This document shows positions 27,525 to 36,918 of a stretch of DNA of 64,000 nt, piece by piece. Position 1 is the stretch's first letter; the number at the start of each line of letters is the position of its first letter. A program made the translations under genes and the position numbers. A model generated the notes under the pieces. It worked only from the letters and a program-made list of their open reading frames with translations, ran no database searches and was not told where the DNA came from. The stretch covers positions 86,087 through 150,086 of the forward strand of contig JAEWUV010000002.1 in assembly GCA_023396915.1 (NCBI GenBank). The letters run 5' to 3'. Source of the DNA: Candidatus Parcubacteria bacterium (GTDB lineage: Bacteria; Patescibacteriota; Microgenomatia; UBA12405).

Positions 27525-29183
27525 ATGAAGTATATTTTTATTACTGGGGGTGTGGTGAGTGGTTTGGGAAAAGGAGTAGTTTCAGCCTCGATAGGATTAT
27601 TATTAAAGTCATCTGGATTTAAAGTAAATCATGTAAAAATTGATCCTTATTTGAATATTGATGCCGGGACAATGAGGCCGGCAGAACACGGAGAAACTTT
27701 TGTGACTACCGACGGTGGAGAAATAGACCAAGATTTGGGAAATTATGAAAGATTTTTGAATCAGAGTTTTTTAAAGGATAATAATATAACTTCGGGGAAG
27801 GTTTATAAAAGAATTATTGAAGATGAAAGAGCTTTTAAATATGAAGGGCGAGATGTGGAAATGATTCCTGATGTACCAAATGAAGTAAAGCGAAGATTTT
27901 ATGAAATGGAAAAAGGATACGATTTTATGGTTGTTGAGATTGGTGGAACTACCGGTGATATTGAAAATTTGCCTTTTTTGTATGCAGCCAGAGAAGTAGG
28001 ACGTGAAAGAGAAACGATGTATGTGATGGTGTCTTATGTGCCTTTTTTGAGAAATGTAGGGGAATTAAAAACCAAACCAACCCAGCATGCAATTTCTGAA
28101 TTGAGATCAACCGGAATCATGCCGGACATCTTGATTACCAGAAGTGAAACCGGGATAGATGAACCGCGATTAGAAACTTTGGAAAAGAGGTGTTTTTTGA
28201 AGGATAATTCTATTTTTGATGATCCAGATTGCTCATCGATATATCGAGTACCGATGATATTGGAATCTCAGGGTTTGATGGACAGGATCAGAAAACATTT
28301 TGAAATAAAAAATCATAAAACTGATTTGTCTGCTTGGACAAAAATGGTGAATAAAATGGAAAAAGCCAAAAAAGAAGTGACAATAGCTTTGGTGGGGAAA
28401 TATGTAAAATCAGGACAGAGTAATCATAGAGATGTGTATGTGTCAGTCTTAGAGGCAATTAAACAAGCAAGTATAGAAAGTGATGTAAAGATTAAAATTG
28501 AGCCGATAGATTCAACTGATTTTAATCCGGAAGATTTAAAGAAATATGATGGAATAATTGCTCCACAAGGTTGGGGTAGCCGAGGAGTTGAAGGAATTAT
28601 AAAAGCGATACAAGTAGCCCGCGAGAATAACATCCCCTATTTGGGTTTGTGTTTTGGAATGCAAATGGCAGTGATAGAGTTTTCTAGAAACGTATTAAAT
28701 TTCAAAAATGCTAATTCGACAGAAGTTGATTCAAAAACCAAATATCCGGTAATTCATATAATGCCAGATCAGGCAGAATATCTGAGAAATAAACAATACG
28801 GAGGAACAATTAGGCTTGGTTCTTGGCCATGCAAATTAACGGAAGGAAGTAAATTAGCTGAGGTTTATAAGAAATACGGTAAAGACAAAGACGCTCCTTG
28901 GTACAAGGAAGATAATTTTAATACCAAAGATAAAAAAGGGGTGGTTTTTGAGAGACACCGTCACCGTTATGAGGTTAATAGTGAATACAGAGAGCAAATG
29001 CAAAAGGCCGGTTTGGTAATTGCCGGGACTTCACCTGATGGTAAATTAGTAGAGGCAGTGGAGTTAAAAAATCATCCATTTTTTGTGGGAACACAATTTC
29101 ATCCAGAATATATTTCCAGGCCCTTAAGACCTCATCCGATATTTATGGCTTTTGTAGAAGCGGTTAAAAAGAATAAAAAATAA
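27525..29183 (+). CDS. pyrG: CTP synthase
   Basis: N-terminal KYIFITGGVVSGLGKG. C-terminal glutamine amidotransferase domain with GLCFGMQ. Confidence 0.9.
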   Translation: MKYIFITGGVVSGLGKGVVSASIGLLLKSSGFKVNHVKIDPYLNIDAGTMRPAEHGETFVTTDGGEIDQDLGNYERFLNQSFLKDNNITSGKVYKRIIEDERAFKYEGRDVEMIPDVPNEVKRRFYEMEKGYDFMVVEIGGTTGDIENLPFLYAAREVGRERETMYVMVSYVPFLRNVGELKTKPTQHAISELRSTGIMPDILITRSETGIDEPRLETLEKRCFLKDNSIFDDPDCSSIYRVPMILESQGLMDRIRKHFEIKNHKTDLSAWTKMVNKMEKAKKEVTIALVGKYVKSGQSNHRDVYVSVLEAIKQASIESDVKIKIEPIDSTDFNPEDLKKYDGIIAPQGWGSRGVEGIIKAIQVARENNIPYLGLCFGMQMAVIEFSRNVLNFKNANSTEVDSKTKYPVIHIMPDQAEYLRNKQYGGTIRLGSWPCKLTEGSKLAEVYKKYGKDKDAPWYKEDNFNTKDKKGVVFERHRHRYEVNSEYREQMQKAGLVIAGTSPDGKLVEAVELKNHPFFVGTQFHPEYISRPLRPHPIFMAFVEAVKKNKK

Positions 29184-29187
29184 GTGT

Positions 29188-29490
29188 TTATTTCTTTTTC
29201 TTGTCTGAATTATCGAGTTTGAGGATTTTGGAAGCAAAGTAAACAACCAAGGCAATAATTATAAAATCAATTAAGCTGCTAATAAAACTACCAATAAGGA
29301 TTTTGGTCGAACCAATTTGAAAATAAATCTGGCTTAAATCCCCTACTTTCCCTAACAAAAGACCAATTAGAGGATTAATAATGTCGGCAACTAAAGCAGC
29401 AACTAACTTGGTTACGGCTGTACCCATGACAACACCAATAGCTAAACCAATGACTCCATGAGATTGAATAAATTTAATAAAACCTTTCAT
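29188..29490 (-). CDS. mscL: Large-conductance mechanosensitive channel
   Basis: 100 aa. MKGFIKFIQSHGVIGLAIGVVMGTAV...LVADIINPLIG matches the MscL TM1 consensus. Confidence 0.8.
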   Translation of the reverse strand: MKGFIKFIQSHGVIGLAIGVVMGTAVTKLVAALVADIINPLIGLLLGKVGDLSQIYFQIGSTKILIGSFISSLIDFIIIALVVYFASKILKLDNSDKKKK

Positions 29491-29516
29491 AACTAGATTA
29501 TAATAGACAAAGTTAT

Positions 29517-30260
29517 ATGATTAAAGAGTTTGTATCAAAATTGGATAGAAGTGTGGCTAAATATGGTTTGGTGGAAGCAATTAAAAAATTACTTTTAAGT
29601 TATGGGGCAAAAGTGGTGGTAGAAAGCAATGATGAAATTGATGAGATATTAACTAATGGGTCCGGGGTGTTAGTGGCAAGCCATCCGGCAGAATTTGATG
29701 TACCGGTAATATTAGCGGCGATAAAAAACAGGAAAGATGTTTTTTTGGTTATTAATTCTCATTTTATGAAACTGATACCTAATTTAGACCAGTATTTAAT
29801 TCCGGTATATGTTTACAACAAATCAAGGTCACATTTTTTTGGTAGATTAACAACAAAAATATTTAATACTTTTCATAGGATAGAAAAAATGTCGATTGAG
29901 GAAGGGCGTAAGAAGAATATTAAAAGTATAAAATTGGCTGCTGATAAAATTAATAGTGGAGGATTGGTGATAATTTTTCCTGATGGAGGAGTAGGGGGAA
30001 AATGGTTTAATGGTGTTGGACATTTAATTCATGGAGTGAAGAATATAAAAAATAGCTTTGTTTTAAGGGTTAATATAAAGGGAACTTCTAATTGGAATTG
30101 GCTAAGATTAATACCAATAATGAATAAATTTTTGCCTGAGTTTAGGGTTAGTTTTGCTAAACCATTAAAGATGAATTTGATTAAAAAAGAAGAACCGGGA
30201 AAAACAACAAAATATTTGGAAAAGAAGTATCGGGAATGGTCAAAATCAATTAATTACTAG
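29517..30260 (+). CDS. Putative lysophospholipid acyltransferase-family (PlsC-like) protein
   Basis: An HxxxxD motif (SHPAEFD) and an FPEG-like motif (IFPDGGVGG). Assignment is tentative. Confidence 0.4.
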   Translation: MIKEFVSKLDRSVAKYGLVEAIKKLLLSYGAKVVVESNDEIDEILTNGSGVLVASHPAEFDVPVILAAIKNRKDVFLVINSHFMKLIPNLDQYLIPVYVYNKSRSHFFGRLTTKIFNTFHRIEKMSIEEGRKKNIKSIKLAADKINSGGLVIIFPDGGVGGKWFNGVGHLIHGVKNIKNSFVLRVNIKGTSNWNWLRLIPIMNKFLPEFRVSFAKPLKMNLIKKEEPGKTTKYLEKKYREWSKSINY

Positions 30261-30266
30261 ATTTTG

Positions 30267-31307
30267 TTAATAGATAAACATAGCATCACCAAAACTAAAG
30301 AAACGGTATTTTTTATCGACAGCCTCTTGATAGGCTTTAAAAATTCTGTCTTTGCCGGCAAAGGCAGAAACTAACATCAAAAGACTAGACTCGGGTAGAT
30401 GGAAATTGGTAATTAGAGCATCGACAAATTTAAATTGGTAGGGAGGATAAATAAAAATTTGAGTAGAATTTTGACCAGCAATAATTTGGTGACTTTTATC
30501 AATAGCTGATTCAAGGGTGCGGACGGAGGTGGTACCAACTGCAATAATTCGTTTGCCATCTTTTTTGGCTTGGTTTAGACGTTTAGCAACATTTTGTTTA
30601 ATTTCATAAAATTCAGAATGTAATCTTTTAGATTCAATATTTTCAGGTCTAAGATTTTGAAAAGTACCTAAGCCCACATGAAGAGTTATATATTCAATTT
30701 GGACGCCTTTTTGTTTTAGTTTGGCTAAAAGACTTTTGGTAAAGTGAAGTCCGGCAGTCGGAGCAGCGGCTGAACCGGTTTTTTGGGGATTAGCGTAAAC
30801 AGTTTGATATTCAGATCTAATTTCTTTTTCGGTTTGAACGGAATGAATATAAGGAGGAATGGGAGTATGGCCAATTTTGTCTAAAATCTGGAAAAATTGA
30901 TTATTTTTAAAATTAAATTTAATCTCGATTTGGCCAGTTTTTGGGTCACTTTTTAAAACTTTTCCCGTTAATTGGTGAGGAAAAAATAATTTTTGTCCAA
31001 CTTTGGGGCGAGGCTTAGAAATGGCTAGCCAAGTATTGCCGGTAAGTTGGTGAAGTAAAAGAATTTCGATTTCTCCCCCACTTTCTTTTTTACCAAAAAG
31101 ACGGGCAGGAAAAACTTTGCTTTGATTTAAAACTAGAACATCATTTGGCCCAAGTACGTCTAAAATATCGTAGAAATGCAAATGATTAATTTCTCCGGTT
31201 TTTTTGTTTAAAGTTAAAAGACGACAATGATCGCGTCTAGAGCTCGGCTTGTTGGCAATGAGAGATTGTGGTAGTAAATAGAAATAATCTTTTATATTTA
31301 AAGACAC
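30267..31307 (-). CDS. queA: S-adenosylmethionine:tRNA ribosyltransferase-isomerase
   Basis: The N-terminus (DYFYLLPQSLIANKPSSRRDHCRLL) and internal blocks (GHTPIPPYI, TAGLHFT) match QueA. Confidence 0.85.
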   Translation of the reverse strand: MSLNIKDYFYLLPQSLIANKPSSRRDHCRLLTLNKKTGEINHLHFYDILDVLGPNDVLVLNQSKVFPARLFGKKESGGEIEILLLHQLTGNTWLAISKPRPKVGQKLFFPHQLTGKVLKSDPKTGQIEIKFNFKNNQFFQILDKIGHTPIPPYIHSVQTEKEIRSEYQTVYANPQKTGSAAAPTAGLHFTKSLLAKLKQKGVQIEYITLHVGLGTFQNLRPENIESKRLHSEFYEIKQNVAKRLNQAKKDGKRIIAVGTTSVRTLESAIDKSHQIIAGQNSTQIFIYPPYQFKFVDALITNFHLPESSLLMLVSAFAGKDRIFKAYQEAVDKKYRFFSFGDAMFIY

Positions 31308-31326
31308 CCCGATATTTTACCAAAAG

Positions 31327-31800
31327 TTAGTTTAAAATCATGATGGAATAATTGAGGAAAGTGGCAAAACTTACCCAAGCCAGATAAGGCCAAAGCAAAA
31401 TTGAAGCTGATTTTTTGTATTGCCAAAACCTAATTATAGTCATAAGAATAGCCAACCAGAGAATTAAAATTTCGTAAAAAGCGAGCGTAGGTGAACGAAG
31501 ACCAAAAAATAAAACCGACCAAAAGAAATTAAGAATTAATTGGACCCAAAACCAAAATAAATTATTTTTATGATTCCAAACTAAATAAAGAGCGATACCC
31601 ATTAATAAAAATAATAAAGTCCAGACCGGGCCAAAAACCCAAGACGGTGGGTTGAAAGAAGATTTAATAACATCGGTAACGTACCAAGTTTTAACTGAGG
31701 TGGCAGTAAAGAAACTGCCCAAGATACCAATACCTTCGGTAATTAAAATACACAATAAAAATTTACCTAAATTAAATTTTGTTTTATTTTTTGATTTCAT
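31327..31800 (-). CDS. TspO/MBR family tryptophan-rich membrane protein
   Basis: Five transmembrane helices. NPPSWVFGPVWTLLF is the TspO signature. Confidence 0.75.
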   Translation of the reverse strand: MKSKNKTKFNLGKFLLCILITEGIGILGSFFTATSVKTWYVTDVIKSSFNPPSWVFGPVWTLLFLLMGIALYLVWNHKNNLFWFWVQLILNFFWSVLFFGLRSPTLAFYEILILWLAILMTIIRFWQYKKSASILLWPYLAWVSFATFLNYSIMILN

Positions 31801-31814
31801 AATTTAATATTACC

Positions 31815-32303
31815 TTATTTTTCTAAAACCATAATATTTTTATCATCTACTGATGAGATGATTTTGAACCCGAATTTCTCGTAAGTATGGATAGCAGAAA
31901 AATTATCTTGGCTGGTTTCTAACCAAAATCCAGTAATTTTAGATTCTTTTTGATTTTTCAAAAGGTCGTTAAAAGTAATTTTCATAAATTCTTGGGCAAG
32001 ACCCTGGCCTCGGGCTGAACCGTAAATTCTGATGGCAAAAGTAAAATTAGCTTTGATATTGTTAATTGGAGCTTGTTTTTGGCCAAACCAAATGATGCCG
32101 AGTAAATTTTTTTGAGAGTCGCAAAGGGAGTAAATTATTCTTCCCTGCTGTTGCCATTGATGAAAAGAATTTCTGTTGGCAAAACGAAGTGCGTCGGAGG
32201 TAAATTTTTGAATATCAGAATCGGTTTGGCTATATTCAATTAACTGGTCAATTTGACAATCAAGAATCCCTTCGTGGATAAAGACATCCTGATTAATCTT
32301 CAT
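31815..32303 (-). CDS. GNAT-family N-acetyltransferase
   Basis: 162 aa with a GNAT motif A-like RGQGLAQEF and a C-terminal YEKFGF. Confidence 0.6.
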   Translation of the reverse strand: MKINQDVFIHEGILDCQIDQLIEYSQTDSDIQKFTSDALRFANRNSFHQWQQQGRIIYSLCDSQKNLLGIIWFGQKQAPINNIKANFTFAIRIYGSARGQGLAQEFMKITFNDLLKNQKESKITGFWLETSQDNFSAIHTYEKFGFKIISSVDDKNIMVLEK

Positions 32304-32304
32304 T

Positions 32305-33567
32305 TTATTTACCGGTGGTAATAATTATGTCAAATTCGGAAGACTCGGTTAAACTAGTCTCTAAAACTTTTGATGGATAGTCATCCTCTAAAGATTTTTT
32401 GACTAAATCAACAACACTAGTGGGGACAGATTTTTTAGCTTCAATTTGGGTTTGACTAAAGTCATAATTGGCCGCGTTACCAACTGATTCGATACTAAAA
32501 TCATTTTTAGTTAGTAAATCACTAACTTTGCTGGCTTCCCCGGCAGTGCCAGTACCGTTTAAAATTTGAATTTTAAAATCTGAAATGGCTTTGGTAGGTA
32601 TTGGAGTGAGAGTAGGAGTAATCGATTCAACTTGGGATTTTTGATTGTTGTTGGTATTTTGGTGAACGACAATAAAAACAAAAATAGACAAAAGAAGAAT
32701 TAGAGGAATAATAAACATAATTTTGGGTAAAAACGACGATTTTGTATCGCTCTTTTGGATTTCTAGACGGGTTGTGTTGGCGTCAGGGCCACGTAACTCG
32801 CTGGAATAAATAATTCCTTTGAGAGGATTGATGTTGGTGTATTCCGGATGTAAATTACCAAATTCAAATTGGTTAAAAGCAACATCTCCCGTGGGTGAAA
32901 AAAGTATTTGTTGGGGCAATATTTGGAAACGTTGTTTGGCGTATTCAAAAACTTTATCAATGTCAATTTGGGATATTTTTTTGGTTAAGACAGAAGAAAA
33001 AATTGGGGTTTGATTAAAAGATAAAAGTAAAAGGTCTTGGTAATTTAGAAAAACCAACTTGTTTTTGGGAAGAAAACGACAGATGGTAGTAGAAAAGCTT
33101 TCTAATAATTTAATTTTCATTCGGGATTTTTGAACTGCGGTACGGAAAGTTGTAAAGAATTCAGCAGAGACAAAAATTACCTGAACTAAATTAAGATGGT
33201 TATACTTGGCAACGATTTTATAATCCCAAATTGTTTGAGATAAATCTTGCGAAACTGTCGGTTGAATTTTTGACTGGATTTGATTTTTTGATTTTGAATC
33301 TTTTGGAGAAAGTAAAAGACTGGAGACGGTAATAAAATGATCTGATAAAATAATACGAACTTTTGCAGAAAAATTAGATTTGATTTGAGATAAAGTAGCG
33401 GCAAGTGTTTCTGGCGTCCAAGTGAGTTCCCCAATTTTTTGGTATTTTTTAAAAATTTCGATGGTGTTTTTTGAAATATAAAGCAGATACATAATTCCAT
33501 TATAAACTAAAGGAAACTTAAAATTCAAAAATTTAAAGTAAGTTGTCGACAGGATCTTTAAGGCCAA
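32305..33567 (-). CDS. Membrane protein with a cytoplasmic N-domain, one TM helix and an extracellular LytR_C domain (true start probably internal)
   Basis: C-terminal IQILNGTGTAGEASKVSDLL...NAANYDFSQTQIE resembles the LytR_C domain. A TM helix lies at FIIPLILLLSIFVFIVV. The 5-prime end overlaps the next ORF by 35 nt. Confidence 0.4.
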   Translation of the reverse strand: MALKILSTTYFKFLNFKFPLVYNGIMYLLYISKNTIEIFKKYQKIGELTWTPETLAATLSQIKSNFSAKVRIILSDHFITVSSLLLSPKDSKSKNQIQSKIQPTVSQDLSQTIWDYKIVAKYNHLNLVQVIFVSAEFFTTFRTAVQKSRMKIKLLESFSTTICRFLPKNKLVFLNYQDLLLLSFNQTPIFSSVLTKKISQIDIDKVFEYAKQRFQILPQQILFSPTGDVAFNQFEFGNLHPEYTNINPLKGIIYSSELRGPDANTTRLEIQKSDTKSSFLPKIMFIIPLILLLSIFVFIVVHQNTNNNQKSQVESITPTLTPIPTKAISDFKIQILNGTGTAGEASKVSDLLTKNDFSIESVGNAANYDFSQTQIEAKKSVPTSVVDLVKKSLEDDYPSKVLETSLTESSEFDIIITTGK

Positions 33568-34231
33568 GAGTAGAAAGGTAACTGCATGTTTGACTTACAG
33601 TATGACCATCTTTGATATTAAGATAATCTTTTGAATCAAAGTCTATAGAACCAACATAACTTTTAAGATAACACCTTGCTTTATTATCACGATAAAGTTT
33701 AAATCCAATACCAGCTACGCGAGGTGAAAATTGAAGTTTTTCATCTTGGAAATTAATTCGACTTGTAGAAAAATCGATATAATACCCAACTATGGAAAGT
33801 ATTTTATCCGCTTCTATTTTTTGACCAGTCTGATATTCAGAAAAAGGAGCAATAGATATTTGGCATTCGTCAACTGTTTCACTGTTGGAAAAATCGAGTG
33901 AAGGAGAACCATCTTTTAAAAGTTGGTGCCTGTTTATAGCCCCCTCTGGGGCTAGTTTTATAATATAAAGACCTCTTTTTTGATCATAATATTCTGTTCG
34001 AACTGCGTAGAATTTTAGTCCGTCTTCTGATGGGTCATGCTCTTGAATTGATGCTTCAATGATACCTAAGGCATCTTCAAATCTTTCAACCTCAGGATTA
34101 TGAATAGTGTTTTTTCTACTAAATTCATAGTGGGTAATAGTAAGCCCTGTATTAAGAATAGATTTAAGATGTGGATTAATATCTGGACTAGCTTCTGGCC
34201 TCAATACAACCTCACTGGTTTTTTGTTCCAT
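33533..34231 (-). CDS. Hypothetical protein, paralog B of a two-member family flanking an HD hydrolase
   Basis: Shares LAPE, LYRDNKARCYLKS and YLSTLG blocks with 35101..35793. Confidence 0.35.
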   Translation of the reverse strand: MEQKTSEVVLRPEASPDINPHLKSILNTGLTITHYEFSRKNTIHNPEVERFEDALGIIEASIQEHDPSEDGLKFYAVRTEYYDQKRGLYIIKLAPEGAINRHQLLKDGSPSLDFSNSETVDECQISIAPFSEYQTGQKIEADKILSIVGYYIDFSTSRINFQDEKLQFSPRVAGIGFKLYRDNKARCYLKSYVGSIDFDSKDYLNIKDGHTVSQTCSYLSTLGLKDPVDNLL

Positions 34232-34265
34232 AATTGTTTAATTATAACTGTAACAAATATATTAA

Positions 34266-35081
34266 TCAGATTCTATACTCTTTGATAAGACCTTTTTCGG
34301 TTTTTTGATTGATGTAGGCGTGAACATCGAGATATTTTTCAATACCCGAACCAACGATTTTATTTTTTAAAAGTTCATCAAGTTGAAATATTCCAGCTGA
34401 ATTGTTTAATAAAATATCTATTTGGATTGGCTTGACAGTTCCCTTTTTAATATTAACTTTGTCAATGGCGGCGGCAGAAACTGAATAAATATCTAATTTT
34501 TCCTGTTGGTAGACGATGCGGGATCGGCCTTCGCTCATATCAAGGGCATCGGCAACCCGGACAATACCAGCTTCTAAAGTCAGTGGTCTGCCGTCGCTTC
34601 GATGACTGATAATAGCATGCAAAATTTCAGAAATAACAATAGTTTTTTCTTCCACTGGTAAAAAGTCGACCATTTGATGGAGTAAATTATTGGCCAAAAA
34701 GAGACTAAACATTTCATGATCTTTGCGGTTGATGGTCATGCCTAAATCGTGAAGAACACTGGCAAAAAATACAACCAACTCGGCATGATGGGACGACAAT
34801 TTATAGTCTTTGGTAATCGACATCTCTACGTCTGAGTCAATCAACATTCTAAGGAATTTAACGGCAATATTGGCAACTATTTGAAAATGGATTGGGCCAT
34901 GGTCGCTCATACCGAGTCGGTCAACAGCATTAACATTGATAATTCTCCAAAGAGTAGCAATTTCTTGGTTATTGTTGATATTGTCAATAGCTTTTCCTAA
35001 TAAAGAATTGCCGTTAGTGGGGACGTGGATTTTGTTTACTTTCTTGGGTATTTGGATACTTTGTTTCATAGTGAAAAGCAC
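34266..35081 (-). CDS. HD-domain phosphohydrolase
   Basis: His...HD...His...Asp metal-binding pattern: HGPIHFQ, VLHDLG, ISHRSD, VADALD. Confidence 0.55.
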   Translation of the reverse strand: MLFTMKQSIQIPKKVNKIHVPTNGNSLLGKAIDNINNNQEIATLWRIINVNAVDRLGMSDHGPIHFQIVANIAVKFLRMLIDSDVEMSITKDYKLSSHHAELVVFFASVLHDLGMTINRKDHEMFSLFLANNLLHQMVDFLPVEEKTIVISEILHAIISHRSDGRPLTLEAGIVRVADALDMSEGRSRIVYQQEKLDIYSVSAAAIDKVNIKKGTVKPIQIDILLNNSAGIFQLDELLKNKIVGSGIEKYLDVHAYINQKTEKGLIKEYRI

Positions 35082-35100
35082 TTTCTATACTGATACTGTA

Positions 35101-35793
35101 TCATAAATGGCTAGGTTGTTGTTTATCAGGAGTTTGAATTGGGAGAGTTGATAAATATTTAATAGCTTTTCTAATTTCAATACTTCCCTTTTTGGGTTTA
35201 CCTTCTCCATTCTTTCCACCAATAGAAATCTCTTCTGATTGGAAAAAATCATCCTTTGATCTAAGGCAGAAGGAGCACCTAGCACTATTATCTTCTTTAA
35301 AAAGTTGAATTCTAAGATTTACAGTTTCTTGGGATGAAATTCTTGCTGGGGAATATAATGGTTGACCATCTGAAGTTTTACAGATACGAAGTGGTTTTTC
35401 TAGAGTGAGGTCATATTGGGAAAAGGTTACTATGAAGGCTTTTTTATTGGGCTTTGTTCCTTCTAAGCGGTTGACCTTTATTGATGACTTATGGATTACT
35501 TTATCTGCTTCCATTTTAACTTTAACAGGGTAGGCTTTATCGTCGACATCTTCTTCTGGAGCTAAGTTAAAAAGATAACAACAGTTTTTAAAATCTGAAA
35601 AGTGCTGATAAAGGTAATAGGAGGATTGGGCTTTAATAACTGACTGGAGCTGTTTTAGCTGGGGGGATATTTCTCCGAAATAAGGGATGACCATATTCAG
35701 GATATCGACAAGTCGGAAATCAATTATTTTTGCGCTTGTCTCCTTTGGAGGGGGCGACAAAATTTCTCTGGAGTTCATATTTATCTGGACCAA
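35101..35793 (-). CDS. Hypothetical protein, paralog A (related to 33533..34231)
   Basis: Shares LAPE, LFKEDNSARCSFCLRS and YLSTLP blocks with paralog B. Confidence 0.35.
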   Translation of the reverse strand: MVQINMNSREILSPPPKETSAKIIDFRLVDILNMVIPYFGEISPQLKQLQSVIKAQSSYYLYQHFSDFKNCCYLFNLAPEEDVDDKAYPVKVKMEADKVIHKSSIKVNRLEGTKPNKKAFIVTFSQYDLTLEKPLRICKTSDGQPLYSPARISSQETVNLRIQLFKEDNSARCSFCLRSKDDFFQSEEISIGGKNGEGKPKKGSIEIRKAIKYLSTLPIQTPDKQQPSHL

Positions 35794-35858
35794 ATTGGCG
35801 GATGTTAGTATATAACAAAAAAAATTTTACTCAAGATAGTAAACAAAAAATCATATAT

Positions 35859-35887
35859 TTTGTAATTTGCCTAAAAACGGGATATAA
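35859..35887 (+). promoter_or_regulatory. Candidate sigma70 promoter (TTGTAA, 17-nt spacer, TATAAT) for the GH130/GT4 operon
   Basis: The -35 box lies at 35859-35864 and the -10 box at 35882-35887, with an exact 17-nt spacer. The ATG at 35902 leaves a very short leader. Confidence 0.4.
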
Positions 35888-35901
35888 TTGAACTTGGTTT
35901 T

Positions 35902-36918
35902 ATGATTAAGGTAAGTAAAGGTGAAATAATACTGGAGAGTAGACCAGATAAAAAATTTGAAAATGAAGGAGTTTTGAATCCTGCATGTATTGATGTTGGT
36001 GGAGTCACTCATATGTTTTATAGGGCCGTAAGTAAGGGTAATTTTTCTACAATAGGTTATTGTCAAATTAAGAATGGTAAAGTAATTTTTAGAGCTGAAG
36101 AACCAATATTAGTTCCTGAATATCAATATGAAAAACATGGAGTAGAAGATCCAAGGGTGACTTTTTTGGATGGTAAGTATTATATGATGTATACCGCTTA
36201 TGATGGGAGAAGTGCTGTAGTAGCTTATGCTGTAAGTAATGACTTAAAAAATTGGGTTAAAAAGGGTTTGATTAGTCCTCAGATGAGCTATGATGAGGCG
36301 GAAGATATTTTTAGAGACTCGGGTGTAAATGAAGGGTATAAGTTTTTTGAAGAGATGTTTAGGTATACAAGATCAGATAAGGTTAAGTTATGGGAAAAAG
36401 ACACAATGTTGTTACCTAAAAAAATTAATGATAAATATGTATTGATTCATAGAGTGATGCCGGGAATACAAATATGTTATTTTGATGATTTTGAGCAACT
36501 TTTAACCCAACAGTTTTGGAAAAATTATTTGAAAACGTTGGCAAAATGGGTAATAATGGAACCTAAGTTTGATTATGAGAAGGCTTATATTGGTGGTGGT
36601 TGCATCCCGTTGGAAACAGATGAAGGTTGGTTGATGATTTTTCATGGAGTAAAAATAGAAAATGAAATAAAAACCTATTCGGCTTCAGCGGCTTTGCTGG
36701 ATAAAAATAACCCTCAAAAAGTAATTGGAAGACTTTCATATCCCCTATTTTATCCGGAAGAAAAGTGGGAGATTGAGGGAGCAGTTAATAATGTGGTTTT
36801 CCCCACTGGTCTGTCCCGTAATGGGGATGAATTAAGTATTTTTTATGGAGCAGCTGATGATGTTGTTGGGGTGAGAAAAGTTGTTTTGTCAGAGTTGCTA
36901 AAGGAATTATTGAAATGA
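35902..36918 (+). CDS. GH130-family glycoside hydrolase/phosphorylase (DUF377-type beta-mannoside phosphorylase-like)
   Basis: GVLNPACIDVGG...HGVEDPRVTFLDGKYYMMYTAYDG follows the GH130 beta-propeller pattern. Confidence 0.55.
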   Translation: MIKVSKGEIILESRPDKKFENEGVLNPACIDVGGVTHMFYRAVSKGNFSTIGYCQIKNGKVIFRAEEPILVPEYQYEKHGVEDPRVTFLDGKYYMMYTAYDGRSAVVAYAVSNDLKNWVKKGLISPQMSYDEAEDIFRDSGVNEGYKFFEEMFRYTRSDKVKLWEKDTMLLPKKINDKYVLIHRVMPGIQICYFDDFEQLLTQQFWKNYLKTLAKWVIMEPKFDYEKAYIGGGCIPLETDEGWLMIFHGVKIENEIKTYSASAALLDKNNPQKVIGRLSYPLFYPEEKWEIEGAVNNVVFPTGLSRNGDELSIFYGAADDVVGVRKVVLSELLKELLK

